Below, piece after piece: positions 28,233 through 37,813 of a DNA stretch of 64,000 nucleotides. Each line of letters starts with the position of its first letter. Positions within the stretch are counted from its first letter, which is position 1. The DNA is from Candidatus Omnitrophota bacterium (lineage in GTDB: Bacteria > Omnitrophota > Gorgyraeia > JABMRG01), in assembly GCA_043823785.1 (NCBI GenBank), contig JBDRAM010000042.1, forward strand, positions 1,563 to 65,562, in the 5' to 3' direction. The translations under genes and the position numbers were made by a program. The notes under the pieces are model-generated. The model was given only the letters and a program-made list of their open reading frames with translations, did no database searches and was not told the origin of the DNA.

Positions 28233-29456
28233 ATGCCTAATTTTAAATATATAGTAAGAGATAAAAACGGGAAACCTGTAGAAGGTTCTTTAGAAGCACA
28301 GAACGAAGATGAGCTTGTAGGAATGCTTCAGTCCCAGGATTATACCGTAGTCTCATTTAGCAGGGTAAAGGTGGGCGAGAAGGCAGATAAAACAAAAAAG
28401 AAAAAGAGGAGGATGCACCATGGCGTTAAGATAGATGACCTGATAGTCTTATCCCGTCAGCTTTCAACGCTCTTAAATTCAGGTGTAACGCTTCTTAGGA
28501 GTTTAGAGATAATAATAATGCAGGTTGAAAGCGTTCGTCTGCATACAGCGTTGGAGGCTGTAAAGAGGGATATCTCAATAGGAAGCACTATGAAGTCAGC
28601 TGTCGCGCGCCATCCTAAGGTATTTTCAAAGCTTTGGGTTAATGTCGTAGATACTGGTGAGACAACAGGACAGCTCCCGTTTGCGTTAGAGCAGCTTACC
28701 TCATACATGGAATCGACAGCTGAATTTAGCCGAAAGATCTTAAACGCGATAGTTTATCCGTCTATAATATTGTGTGTTACTTTTATAGCTATTGGAGTGT
28801 TTGTTTTTTTTATAATACCTATGTTTGAGGAGATATACGCGGGTTTTGACGCTACCCTGCCAGCATTTACCCAGTTTGTATTTTTTATATGCCGGAACTT
28901 AAGAAAGTATTCTCTGATTTTTGTTGGTTTGGGCGCGGCACTATTTTTTGGATTACGCTATTACGGCAGCATATACGAGGGTAGAAAGAATATAGACAGG
29001 TTTAAGCTGAATATATTTATTTTTGGCGATCTCATAAGAGAACTTGCGGCAGCAAGATTCGCGAACGCGCTGAATATGCTTCTTAAAAGCGGTACTCCTA
29101 TATTACAGGCACTTGATATAGTTATAGAGACATCGGGTAATGTGATAATAATGGAGATGCTTCAGAGGGTTAAGCAGAATGTGCGGGAAGGAAAGAGCAT
29201 GGCAGAGCCGCTTATAGAGGAAGGTATTCTGCCTGATATGCTGGCCCATATGGTGGCGATAGGGGAGGAGTCAGGTGAGCTTGCTAATATGCTTGATAAT
29301 GCCGCTGCCTTTTACAGCCAGAGGGTCGAGACTGTTGTCCAGAGATTGACTACATTGTTTGAGCCTTTTCTTATAATATTCGTCGGTATCATAGTAGGTA
29401 CTCTGGTAATAGCAATGTTTCTTCCTATCTTTGGGCTTGCTTCGGCAATAAAATAA
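28233..29456 (+). CDS. pilC: Type IV pilus inner-membrane platform protein PilC/GspF
   Basis: RQLSTLLNSG, GETTGQL, IVYPS, GEESGEL, EPFLI, MFLPIF. Confidence 0.93.
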   Translation: MPNFKYIVRDKNGKPVEGSLEAQNEDELVGMLQSQDYTVVSFSRVKVGEKADKTKKKKRRMHHGVKIDDLIVLSRQLSTLLNSGVTLLRSLEIIIMQVESVRLHTALEAVKRDISIGSTMKSAVARHPKVFSKLWVNVVDTGETTGQLPFALEQLTSYMESTAEFSRKILNAIVYPSIILCVTFIAIGVFVFFIIPMFEEIYAGFDATLPAFTQFVFFICRNLRKYSLIFVGLGAALFFGLRYYGSIYEGRKNIDRFKLNIFIFGDLIRELAAARFANALNMLLKSGTPILQALDIVIETSGNVIIMEMLQRVKQNVREGKSMAEPLIEEGILPDMLAHMVAIGEESGELANMLDNAAAFYSQRVETVVQRLTTLFEPFLIIFVGIIVGTLVIAMFLPIFGLASAIK

Positions 29457-29477
29457 AAAATAAGTAAAAGACCGCTT

Positions 29478-29607
29478 GAGGTTGCAGAAATATTCATAAA
29501 AACCACTCCAGCAACCTCTGATTACTGAGATTATTGAAGATTACTAAGATTTTATCAACGATAATGAATCTCTGTAATCTAAGTTAATCTCTGCAATCAA
29601 GAGATTG
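29478..29607. repeat. Hairpin + GATT/AATC palindromic element
   Basis: GAGGTTGC..GCAACCTC, then TGATTACTGAGATT ... AATCTCTGTAATCTAA. Confidence 0.7.
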
Positions 29608-29650
29608 CTCTATGTTTTTAAGGTTTTTTCAGCAATTTCCACTTTTGGGC

Positions 29651-29679
29651 TTGACATGCTTTAACATCTAATGTATATT
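29651..29679 (+). promoter_or_regulatory. Sigma70-type promoter of major pilin
   Basis: TTGACA-17 bp-TATATT. Confidence 0.7.
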
Positions 29680-29726
29680 TATATGGTAAGGTAATATAAA
29701 ATAAACAGGAGGGAGGGGAGGAAGAG

Positions 29727-30104
29727 ATGAAAAAAGGTTTTACATTAATCGAAGTATTAATAGTTGTTATTATTTTAGGTATTTTAGCTACTATAGCGGT
29801 GCCCCAATTTACCAGAGTTGTTGAAAGGGCAAGGAGAGGCGAGGCCTTAACATGCATGGCCGGTATTCAGACAGGCCAGAGAATATACTCACTTGACATG
29901 AGTATATTTACAAACAATATAGCTGAGCTAGATGCCGTGATAGCAAATAATAAGTACTGGGCATATAATATGGCAGGCGCTAATGCCACAGCTTTTAACA
30001 TAAGAGCTACGAGGAGTGGTTCAGCATGGGTTGGCCAGACAATATTGCTTAATCAGAACGGCTTGTGGGCTGGTACATATGAGTTTGTTCCATCAAATAA
30101 CTAA
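29727..30104 (+). CDS. Type IV major pilin
   Basis: KKG|FTLIEVLIVVIILGILATIAVP prepilin motif; own promoter, strong RBS and terminator. Confidence 0.92.
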   Translation: MKKGFTLIEVLIVVIILGILATIAVPQFTRVVERARRGEALTCMAGIQTGQRIYSLDMSIFTNNIAELDAVIANNKYWAYNMAGANATAFNIRATRSGSAWVGQTILLNQNGLWAGTYEFVPSNN

Positions 30105-30135
30105 AGATTAGCGCAAGGTTTTGTTTTTTTTAAAT

Positions 30136-30171
30136 AAAAAAGGCATGTTATTTAAAAGACATGCTTTTTTT
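30136..30171 (+). terminator. Intrinsic terminator after pilin
   Basis: GGCATGTT/GACATGCT stem followed by a T run. Confidence 0.6.
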
Positions 30172-30184
30172 ATGTCCGTAATTC

Positions 30185-32254
30185 ATGAGCCATTATTTTA
30201 TGAATGATAAAAAAATAGCACTGCAATATCACATTCCGGCCTTTTTTTTGTTTTTAATCTTCTTTCTTTCTTCTCTTACAGAGGTTGTCAGTTTTGATTT
30301 CTGGCTGCATCTTAAGGCCGGTGAATGGATAATCAGCAATCTAAATATCCCAAGGCAGCAGCTTTTCTCATATGCGATCGGGCCCGCAGCCTGGATCGAC
30401 CATAGCTGGTTATTCCAGGCAATAATATTTTTAATATATAAATACGGCGGTGGGATAAATTCCCTCATAATACTACGCGGTATTATGCTTGTATTGCCTA
30501 TGTATCTTGCTTTTAAAAGTATCGCAAGAAAGGTATCTATTTATTGGCTGATCCCTGTAGCGGCGCTATGTTTTCACCAGGTGATAAAGAGGCCTCTCCT
30601 AAGGCCTGAACTCTTTAGTATGTTTTTTCTTGGAGCGTACCTTTATCTGTTGATCAGGCGCTCCGAGAGCAGGAAGATATATCTTATTATACCCTTGCAG
30701 ATACTTTGGGTAAATATGCACGGCTATTCTATTATAGGCCCGGGCTTAATGGGCATTTTTCTTCTATCAGAGCTTATTAAAGCAAAAGTGCGATTGCCTT
30801 TTGAATGGAATCAGGCAAAACGCGTAAAAAGTGATGAGAATTTCAAGCGTCTTGTTTCTGTATTTCTGTTGTCTATAGCTGTATTTATATTTAATCCCTA
30901 CTTGCTGAAAGGAGTCTTATATCCACTATATGCTGTGAAGGAAATTTTTATCTGGCCCCGCACAGCTTATCATACAGTACAGGAACTATTGCCCTTTTCT
31001 ATATATAATATAGTATATAGGCAAGACCACCTTACGATATCAGCGATTATATTTCTATTTTTTCTTGCTCTTATAACACATATAAAGAAGTTTGATATAT
31101 TCAATCTATTTATATTCCTCTCTTTCGGTTCCTTAGCTTTGTTTGCAAACAGAAACATAGGCATGTTTGGTATAGTGTCTGCTTTTAGTATATTGAATAC
31201 CTTAAATACTAAAGGCAACTATACTAGTTTATCTACTATTTTCCAGCATTCAAAGCATATCAGACATTTCTTGAGGGCTTTCGGCCTTATCCTTATTTTT
31301 GCGCTTGTCGTAATATATCTTTTTCCTATACATCTGTTATATGGAAAGTATTATGTGTATGGCTTATCTAATGTTTTGAAAAAGAGGGCGTTTGGAGTCT
31401 GTAAAATCAGCACACCTGAAGGCGCGTCTAATTTTATAACAGAAAATAATATAAAAGGCCCTATCTTTAACAATTTTAATATGGGCGCTTATCTCGCATG
31501 GAAGCTTTATCCGGAGCATAAGATCTTTATTGACGGACGGACTGAAGTGTATGGAAAAGATTTCTTGAAAGATTATTACGATGCTCTGACCGACTTTGAT
31601 AAGTGGCTTGTGCTGGATGATAAATATTCTTTTAACGTAGTTGTGCTTAATCATTATTACTCTGATAGCTGCTACGGCCTTATTTACAATTTATATAAGC
31701 ATAAAGACTGGAGCCTTGTCTATTTTGACCGCGGCTCATTCATATTTTTAAAGTATAATGAAGATAACCAAAAATTGATAAAGAAATATCAGATAGACTT
31801 AGAGGATTTCAAGGATATGGCGACTATGGAGAGTGTCTTGGCCGCAAAAGCTAAAAAGGCCTACCCTTACGATTATCTTTTAAGCGCGCGTTTTTTTATA
31901 AAGGCTATGGATATGCCTTCTGTGGCATTGGCTGAGCTGAATAAAGTCGAGATAATAGACCCGGGGCTTTATGAGCTGTATCAGCTTAAAGGTTATGCTT
32001 ATTTTGAAAAAGGCGATTATGATAATGCTTACAAAGCATTTTACAGATCAGCACTCATCAGGCCTGATATACCAGAACCATATGTTAATCTTGGCTATAC
32101 ATGCGGAAAGCTGGGGTTGCTTGATGAGTCAATCGTATTTTACAAGGAGGCCCTTTCCATAGAGCCGCGAGATAAAAGGGTGAGAGAGTCTGTAAGGCTT
32201 CTTGAAGAAGCAAAAGCCAATGAGAGATCCGGCACTCAGGACGTAAACAGCTAA
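30185..32254 (+). CDS. GT-C-like polytopic membrane protein with C-terminal TPRs
   Basis: DFWLHLKAGEWI, WIDHSWLFQ, LRPE, LWVNMHG, FIDGRTEVYG; TPRs at C-terminus. Confidence 0.75.
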   Translation: MSHYFMNDKKIALQYHIPAFFLFLIFFLSSLTEVVSFDFWLHLKAGEWIISNLNIPRQQLFSYAIGPAAWIDHSWLFQAIIFLIYKYGGGINSLIILRGIMLVLPMYLAFKSIARKVSIYWLIPVAALCFHQVIKRPLLRPELFSMFFLGAYLYLLIRRSESRKIYLIIPLQILWVNMHGYSIIGPGLMGIFLLSELIKAKVRLPFEWNQAKRVKSDENFKRLVSVFLLSIAVFIFNPYLLKGVLYPLYAVKEIFIWPRTAYHTVQELLPFSIYNIVYRQDHLTISAIIFLFFLALITHIKKFDIFNLFIFLSFGSLALFANRNIGMFGIVSAFSILNTLNTKGNYTSLSTIFQHSKHIRHFLRAFGLILIFALVVIYLFPIHLLYGKYYVYGLSNVLKKRAFGVCKISTPEGASNFITENNIKGPIFNNFNMGAYLAWKLYPEHKIFIDGRTEVYGKDFLKDYYDALTDFDKWLVLDDKYSFNVVVLNHYYSDSCYGLIYNLYKHKDWSLVYFDRGSFIFLKYNEDNQKLIKKYQIDLEDFKDMATMESVLAAKAKKAYPYDYLLSARFFIKAMDMPSVALAELNKVEIIDPGLYELYQLKGYAYFEKGDYDNAYKAFYRSALIRPDIPEPYVNLGYTCGKLGLLDESIVFYKEALSIEPRDKRVRESVRLLEEAKANERSGTQDVNS

Positions 32255-33807
32255 ATTTTAAGCATACCCATTAGAAATATGTAGAAACCAAGCAAGGCAA
32301 ATGCAAAGCAACTGCTTAAAAGAGGTTTAGGGGCTGATTGTGTCGGCAGGCCCTTATCTTTTTTATTTGCCATTATATATATTTTGTAATCTTTTTCACT
32401 CTCTATTTTTATTGTATTAAAATAATATTTTGCCTTATCGTATATAATATTAAATTCATCTTTAGGTTTATCGATAATCAGCAAAAGCGCGGCATCGGTT
32501 ATATTTATAGAGTAATTTTTTTTGCCTACTTCGAGCAGTGCATTAGAAAGAGACGGCCTTGTGGTCAATGACCAGAGCATTGCTGATAAATAGCGGTTGT
32601 TTGACCATATAAACTCACCCTTTTTAGAATTATCTCTTACGTCTTCCGCCAATATATTGAATAATTTCTCGTCGAATACGCCTCTTGATAGAGCGTATTC
32701 CTCATCTTTCTCCTTTCCCTCAAACATAGAAGTAGGCAGTGAGCCGGATAACTTAGCATGAAAGCCATTTTTATCTGCATATATGCAGGGTGAGAAAAAT
32801 ATCAGATAGAGAAGCAGTGTAATAAGAAAAAAGCCGGCGTATTTTTTAGTGGTTTCTGTTTTAAGCAACAACTCATTTGTCCATGAGTAGATTCTTTCAA
32901 GGCCAATGCCCGCGAAGACCAGAAGCCCTGTCATGCCCTGAGCGCACCAAAAGCGGAAAGGATAAAAGATGCTCATAGGCACCAGAGATATAAGGAGCAT
33001 CAGGGGGACTTTGAACTTTTTTATTTTTACCAGGGCTATGGATAATCCTATAGTGAATAATATGGTTAAAACAGGATAAATCCTGACAGGCATCTTCGCG
33101 GTATTGTGAAAAGATACACTTGATATATTAAGCGCGATATGCAGAAGCCATGGCAAGCCTATCAGTAAAGACAGAGATAATATTATTAAAAATCTCCTTG
33201 TTTTTAAAAGGCCGAGGATCCTTGCTGCTATAATAAGGAATATAGATATCACCGCAATTCCTGTATGTGTATAAATGAGAAGGCCTAATATTAAGGCAGC
33301 TGATACTATTCGATTCCTTGATACCTGATATATCGCGGCTAGTAAAAATATCATTCCTAAGGTGGCGGCTGGGGTGAAAGAGGCACTGATTATAAATATA
33401 GAAGAGGAAAGCCCCAGGTATATTGTGAAAAACATAGTTCTTTTAGATAAAAAACTTTTAAATGTAAACCACATTGTAAATAATAGCAACGTAGGCATTA
33501 AGCAGCTTAGGAGCCTTAGTATATTAATACCGTCAAATCCTATTTTAAGGAATGCAAGTATAAGGATATGAATAACCGGAGGGTATAGATGTGCCGCGCC
33601 GAAAGGGCCATATTCCCAGAAGTTATGCCCAACTACGCCGTTAGCAGTTTCAAAGCCCTTTGCAACTGCCAGGTGGTAATACATGTCAAGGAAAAAAGGT
33701 AACTGCTGCCATTGCATGAGTAAGGCTAACAGGCAGAGGAATATGGAACTCAAGCTTAAGATATCCCAGATTTTGGCATTTGGGCTATATGATTTAATAG
33801 AACTCAT
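32251..33807 (-). CDS. Polytopic membrane protein, putative GT-C glycosyltransferase
   Basis: About 11 TM segments; DMYYH and LYPP motifs in first loop. Confidence 0.65.
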   Translation of the reverse strand: MSSIKSYSPNAKIWDILSLSSIFLCLLALLMQWQQLPFFLDMYYHLAVAKGFETANGVVGHNFWEYGPFGAAHLYPPVIHILILAFLKIGFDGINILRLLSCLMPTLLLFTMWFTFKSFLSKRTMFFTIYLGLSSSIFIISASFTPAATLGMIFLLAAIYQVSRNRIVSAALILGLLIYTHTGIAVISIFLIIAARILGLLKTRRFLIILSLSLLIGLPWLLHIALNISSVSFHNTAKMPVRIYPVLTILFTIGLSIALVKIKKFKVPLMLLISLVPMSIFYPFRFWCAQGMTGLLVFAGIGLERIYSWTNELLLKTETTKKYAGFFLITLLLYLIFFSPCIYADKNGFHAKLSGSLPTSMFEGKEKDEEYALSRGVFDEKLFNILAEDVRDNSKKGEFIWSNNRYLSAMLWSLTTRPSLSNALLEVGKKNYSINITDAALLLIIDKPKDEFNIIYDKAKYYFNTIKIESEKDYKIYIMANKKDKGLPTQSAPKPLLSSCFAFALLGFYIFLMGMLKI

Positions 33808-34095
33808 AGTAGATTTATTATAAGATATATCTGCTTATGGCGCAATATTATAAAAATATATAGCGGCATATTTTATATAATACGTAAAGCAAGCAAAGCA
33901 GGCCAAAATGGCGTAATGGGTGAGTTACGGTGGGGCGTAGAGGAGGCCCCTCTGTCGCGAAATATGGTAATATATTAGCCGTTCGCTTGGCTTCATTTGC
34001 TTCCTAAAAAATCTCTTCCATCCTACCTTTGTAAAAAACCAGAAAAAATAAAAAAAGACTGGCGTCCTCTTACGTTTTATGGTATAAAATAATCT

Positions 34096-34977
34096 ATGGG
34101 GAAAACATGGACTATCCGGGGACGTGAAATTACCGATAGTGATATTCTTCTCATCCGGGAAGAAATAGAAAAGTATTTTCATAAAGGCCGCAAATATATA
34201 TCCCGCCAAATATGCCACCGATGGAAGTGGTACCAGCCCAATGGACAAACCAAGGATATGGCATGCAGGTACATACTGCTTTTTTTGGAAAAGAAAAACC
34301 TCATCAAACTGCCTCCGGGGCTTCATTCTGGTAACAACAAAAAGAGAGTAACCGAAAGAATAGAATTAGCTGAGTCCGCTCTTGCGGGGAGAGTCAAGGA
34401 TCATGCTTCGGTTAAGCTTAGATTGCTCACCTGCGCAGAAGAATATAAGCTCTGGAACAGAATAGTCCATAGTTATCATTATCAGGGCCATCAAATCATA
34501 GTTGGGAAGTCTCTGAAATATATAGCCTATATCAATGATACACCTATAGCCTGCTTAGGCTGGGGGTCTGCTGCATGGAGTATAGCGCCGCGTGATAGAT
34601 GGATAGGCTGGAGGAAAGAGATAAAAGATAAAAATTTGGGCGGGATAGTAAATAACATCCGATTTTTGATCCTGCCATGGGTAAAGATTAAATATCTGGC
34701 AAGCCATGTTTTAGGATTAAGCGCAAAGGAAGTCCCCCGGGCCTGGTTAAGCCGATATGGAGAACGGGTTTATCTACTTGAGACATTTGTAGAAAAAGAA
34801 CGATTCAAAGGGACCTGCTATAAAGCTGCCAACTGGATTTACTTAGGCAGTACAAAAGGAAGCGCTAAACGAGGAAGCTCTCATCGCTATCATGGAAATA
34901 TAAAGGATATATATGCCTACCCCCTTTGTAAAGAGTTTAGAGACTATCTCACCAGAGATAATAACAAAGAAGCCTAA
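34096..34977 (+). CDS. DUF4338 (DruA-like) protein
   Basis: WKWYQPNG, HYQG, RDRWIGW, NNIRFLILPWV, LASHVL, LLETFV, GTCYKAANWIYLGST. Confidence 0.85.
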   Translation: MGKTWTIRGREITDSDILLIREEIEKYFHKGRKYISRQICHRWKWYQPNGQTKDMACRYILLFLEKKNLIKLPPGLHSGNNKKRVTERIELAESALAGRVKDHASVKLRLLTCAEEYKLWNRIVHSYHYQGHQIIVGKSLKYIAYINDTPIACLGWGSAAWSIAPRDRWIGWRKEIKDKNLGGIVNNIRFLILPWVKIKYLASHVLGLSAKEVPRAWLSRYGERVYLLETFVEKERFKGTCYKAANWIYLGSTKGSAKRGSSHRYHGNIKDIYAYPLCKEFRDYLTRDNNKEA

Positions 34978-36331
34978 GAACAGGAGAGTTATAACCTGTA
35001 GAAAAGCAAGGCGCTGCATGCCTCTTGCTAATCTTAAGGAAGAAAATGCAACCTTAACTGAACATGTAAAGGAGCTGGAGCGCCAGATAAAGGATTTAAG
35101 GCGCAGCCTATACGGGAAGAGGAAGAAGAAAACTTCAATCAAACGAGAACCTAAGAAAAAAGGCGCGCCCTTTGGCCATAAAGGGGTGACCCGCCCTAAG
35201 CCTCAAGCTATAGATGAGGAGATAGAGGTTAGGCCTCATGCCTGTCCATGCTGCGGGAATGAGGAACTAATCCTTACTGGAATAGAACCGGAAGAGCACA
35301 TTCAAGAAGACATAGTGCTGCCAAAAAGAAAAGTAACCAAATACGTAAAGCCTGTCTTTAAGTGTGGTAAGTGTAATAGGCTTGTGCGTGGCGGCCTGGG
35401 AGAGGGTGAAATACCCAATGCCTATATTGGCCCTCAAGCGAAAGCCTTTGCAAATTATCTCCGATATAGTATAGGCATCCCCCAGCATAAGATAAAGAAG
35501 ATATTTCAAGAGATGTTTGACCTGCCATTTGACCAGACATCAGTGCCAGGATTTGAAAATCAACTAACCAGACGCGCTCAACCCATATATGATGAGATGA
35601 GATCCGCACTTCTTCTTATGAAACTACTCTATATAGATGAGACAGGCTGGAAAAAAGACGGCATCTTATACTGGTTATGGTGCTATTCCAACAAGATTCT
35701 TGTATTCTATCATATAGATAAAAGCCGCGGGGGTAAGGTTGTTACGGCAATCCTGGGTGAAAAATTCAACGGGATGATTATCAGTGATTTTTTAAGGGCA
35801 TATGCCCCCATAAAAAGTTTAAAGCAGAAATGCATCCCTCATGTGTTAAGAATGATTGAGAGATATTATAGGGACCAGAGAGATATAAGAGAATTCTGCG
35901 AAGAGTTAAAAGGGCTCATGAAGCGGGTTATATATTTGTTTAAACACAGAACAAATATAAAGGATTATCTCATTAGGCGGGCAAGCCTTATAGTAGAAAT
36001 AAAGAATCTCTTATCGCGGGAGGTAGCCCACCAAAGAACCGATGAATGGAGAAATAGATTATTGGTACATCAAGAGGAGTTATACGAATGTCTATTCCAT
36101 CCCAAGAGTGACTTTAATAACAACTTTGTAGAAAGGATGCTGAGGCCAAGTGTCATAATGCGTAAAATAACCTTCGGAAACCGAAGCGAGAGAGGAATCA
36201 AAAATCACTCTGTAATTATGTCTTTATTGCAGACAGCGAGACTTCACAATCACCATCCCGCGGAAATCTTCTACCAAATATTCACAAAACCTGATGATGT
36301 GCGTCTTGCCAATTTAATAAGAGCGCCCTGA
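34913..36331 (+). CDS. IS66 family transposase (TnpC-like)
   Basis: Coiled coil, GAPFGHKG, CPCCG/CGKC zinc finger, IDETGW, ISD, QKCIPH, NNFVERMLRPSVIMRK. Confidence 0.92.
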   Translation: MPTPFVKSLETISPEIITKKPKNRRVITCRKARRCMPLANLKEENATLTEHVKELERQIKDLRRSLYGKRKKKTSIKREPKKKGAPFGHKGVTRPKPQAIDEEIEVRPHACPCCGNEELILTGIEPEEHIQEDIVLPKRKVTKYVKPVFKCGKCNRLVRGGLGEGEIPNAYIGPQAKAFANYLRYSIGIPQHKIKKIFQEMFDLPFDQTSVPGFENQLTRRAQPIYDEMRSALLLMKLLYIDETGWKKDGILYWLWCYSNKILVFYHIDKSRGGKVVTAILGEKFNGMIISDFLRAYAPIKSLKQKCIPHVLRMIERYYRDQRDIREFCEELKGLMKRVIYLFKHRTNIKDYLIRRASLIVEIKNLLSREVAHQRTDEWRNRLLVHQEELYECLFHPKSDFNNNFVERMLRPSVIMRKITFGNRSERGIKNHSVIMSLLQTARLHNHHPAEIFYQIFTKPDDVRLANLIRAP

Positions 36332-36510
36332 TCATTAAGGCAATAATATGATTTTGAGAAACCAAAGCCGTTGGAAATTAATTCAGCAGGGAGGATGAGA
36401 TTTTGTCTCGTAAAAACTGGAGGCTGCCCGAACGGCTAATATATTACCTTTTTTATATTGCATAGGCAGTCCTTAGGAAGCTAAAATAGGGGTTTTTGGG
36501 AAATTCCCAC

Positions 36511-36539
36511 TTGACAAATATCCCACTATAGTGTATACT
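36511..36539 (+). promoter_or_regulatory. Sigma70 promoter with overlapping TCCCACT direct repeats (candidate TA operator)
   Basis: TTGACA-17 bp-TATACT; TCCCACT at 36505 and 36521; GGGAAATTCCC at 36498-36508. Confidence 0.7.
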
Positions 36540-36560
36540 TATTATGGAGGCGAGAAGATA

Positions 36561-36890
36561 ATGGATTTTTCTAAAGACGACGCTATAAACATTAATGAGA
36601 AGTTTTTACCAATAGAAACAAAAAGTATTGATTTTAAGAATCGCATTAACCTTGGAACAAAGATTATCAAGCTGATTTCGCGCATTTTCAACAGGGCAGA
36701 CGCTTACCAGGTTTTTATTGGTAAAGAAGGAGATATCTTATTAAGGCCTGTGGTGAGCATACCAAGCAGAGAAGCCTGGGTCTACAAGAACCCTAAAGTA
36801 ATAAAGCAGATAAGGCAAGGGCTTGATGAGGCGGCTAAAGGTGAACTTGAGAAGATAGATAATATAGATGAGTTTTTGAAGGATCTATGA
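36561..36890 (+). CDS. Putative antitoxin (AbrB/MazE-like swapped hairpin)
   Basis: IDFKNRINL...GDILLRP, EAWVYKNP, acidic tail; GGAGG RBS; ATGA overlap with toxin. Confidence 0.6.
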   Translation: MDFSKDDAININEKFLPIETKSIDFKNRINLGTKIIKLISRIFNRADAYQVFIGKEGDILLRPVVSIPSREAWVYKNPKVIKQIRQGLDEAAKGELEKIDNIDEFLKDL

Positions 36891-37183
36891 AGTTTATACT
36901 CAATTTTACACCAACAGCTAAGGAAGCCCAGAGACAACTAAAACAAAACTCGTTTCTAAGCAAAAGATATAAAGCAGTTGTCAAGGCTCTCAAGTTCCTG
37001 CAGGAAAATCCAAAACATCAGAGCTTGCAGACCCATCAGTATTACTCATTAAAAGGCCCCAAGGCTGAAAAAATCTTTGAGGCATATGCAGAGCAGAATA
37101 CACCCGCGGCGTATAGGATATTTTTTTATTACGGCCCAAGAAAAAGAGAAATAACTGTTTTCGCAATCACACCCCACCCATAA
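36887..37183 (+). CDS. Putative RelE/ParE-superfamily toxin
   Basis: 98 aa, basic; LNFTPTA, NPKHQSLQTH, AYRIFFYY, AITPHP. Confidence 0.65.
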   Translation: MKFILNFTPTAKEAQRQLKQNSFLSKRYKAVVKALKFLQENPKHQSLQTHQYYSLKGPKAEKIFEAYAEQNTPAAYRIFFYYGPRKREITVFAITPHP

Positions 37184-37238
37184 TCGATTTCCTAGAAGCT
37201 CCCATTTTTAAAGCCATCTTTGCCAGCGCATAGCAGGT

Positions 37239-37443
37239 GAGCTTTGGGGTAACCTTCGCAAAAACGCAAAAAATTCCCCGGCGAGTAATTTCCCGCTATT
37301 ATGTTTATCAGGGCGGGGAACCTTCTTGTGTCAAGCTCTAGTTCGGCGGTTTTTTGCTCCGCATTGGCGCTCGCTCTTCCGCCTTTGGCGGAAACCATGC
37401 CCGCTCGCACCAATAAGGTTTTGCTCCGGTTACCCCAAAGCTC
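37239..37443. repeat. 205-bp element bounded by perfect 16-bp inverted repeats (MITE-like)
   Basis: GAGCTTTGGGGTAACC (37239-37254) and GGTTACCCCAAAGCTC (37428-37443); internal TTCCGCCTTTGGCGGAA hairpin. Confidence 0.7.
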
Positions 37444-37487
37444 TATATGCGAATGAGTATTGTATAGTGCAAACTGTGAGAAATATG

Positions 37488-37654
37488 GGGACAGCGCCTG
37501 CCGGTTTAGTTGGTACTGTTTTCTTACAGGTGTTGCTGAATTAGATGTTTTTACAGGGACAGTCCCACCCATGCAACTACTTGGCTCGTTGGGACAGTCC
37601 CTGCGCTGTTTTCATTAGTTATGCTGAATTATGTGGTTTTATTTGGATAGTCCC
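37488..37654. repeat. Cluster of GGGACAGTCCC short palindromes
   Basis: Exact copies at 37556 and 37591; degenerate copies at 37488 and 37645. Confidence 0.65.
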
Positions 37655-37673
37655 TCGCCACCGTTATTTTCTC

Positions 37674-37702
37674 TTGCACAAGCAGCCCATTTATGGTATA
37701 AA
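37674..37702 (+). promoter_or_regulatory. Candidate promoter for pckG-def
   Basis: TTGCAC-17 bp-TATAAA with extended TG. Confidence 0.45.
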
Positions 37703-37813
37703 GAAGCATAAAAAACCACTGAAAATCGCAAAAAGTCATCGCCGAAGGTGATTTTCTTGTTGTATTATATATTCCCTATATATAATAAATCTACACGAGA
37801 GGAAGTATTTATC

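Larger units (their letters stand above)
33966..36448 (+). mobile_element. IS66-family element carrying DUF4338 gene and transposase
   Basis: Perfect 20-bp IRs GGTAATATATTAGCCGTTCG (33966-33985) and CGAACGGCTAATATATTACC (36429-36448); GTAA...TTAC ends typical of IS66. Confidence 0.88.

Noticed and set aside
34096-34977. Complete Druantia defence system
   Set aside because: No DruE helicase or DruB-D; gene lies inside IS inverted repeats
37192-37751. ORFs 37192-37572 (-), 37326-37544 (+), 37545-37751 (+)
   Set aside because: Read through palindromic repeats; no recognisable motifs or RBS
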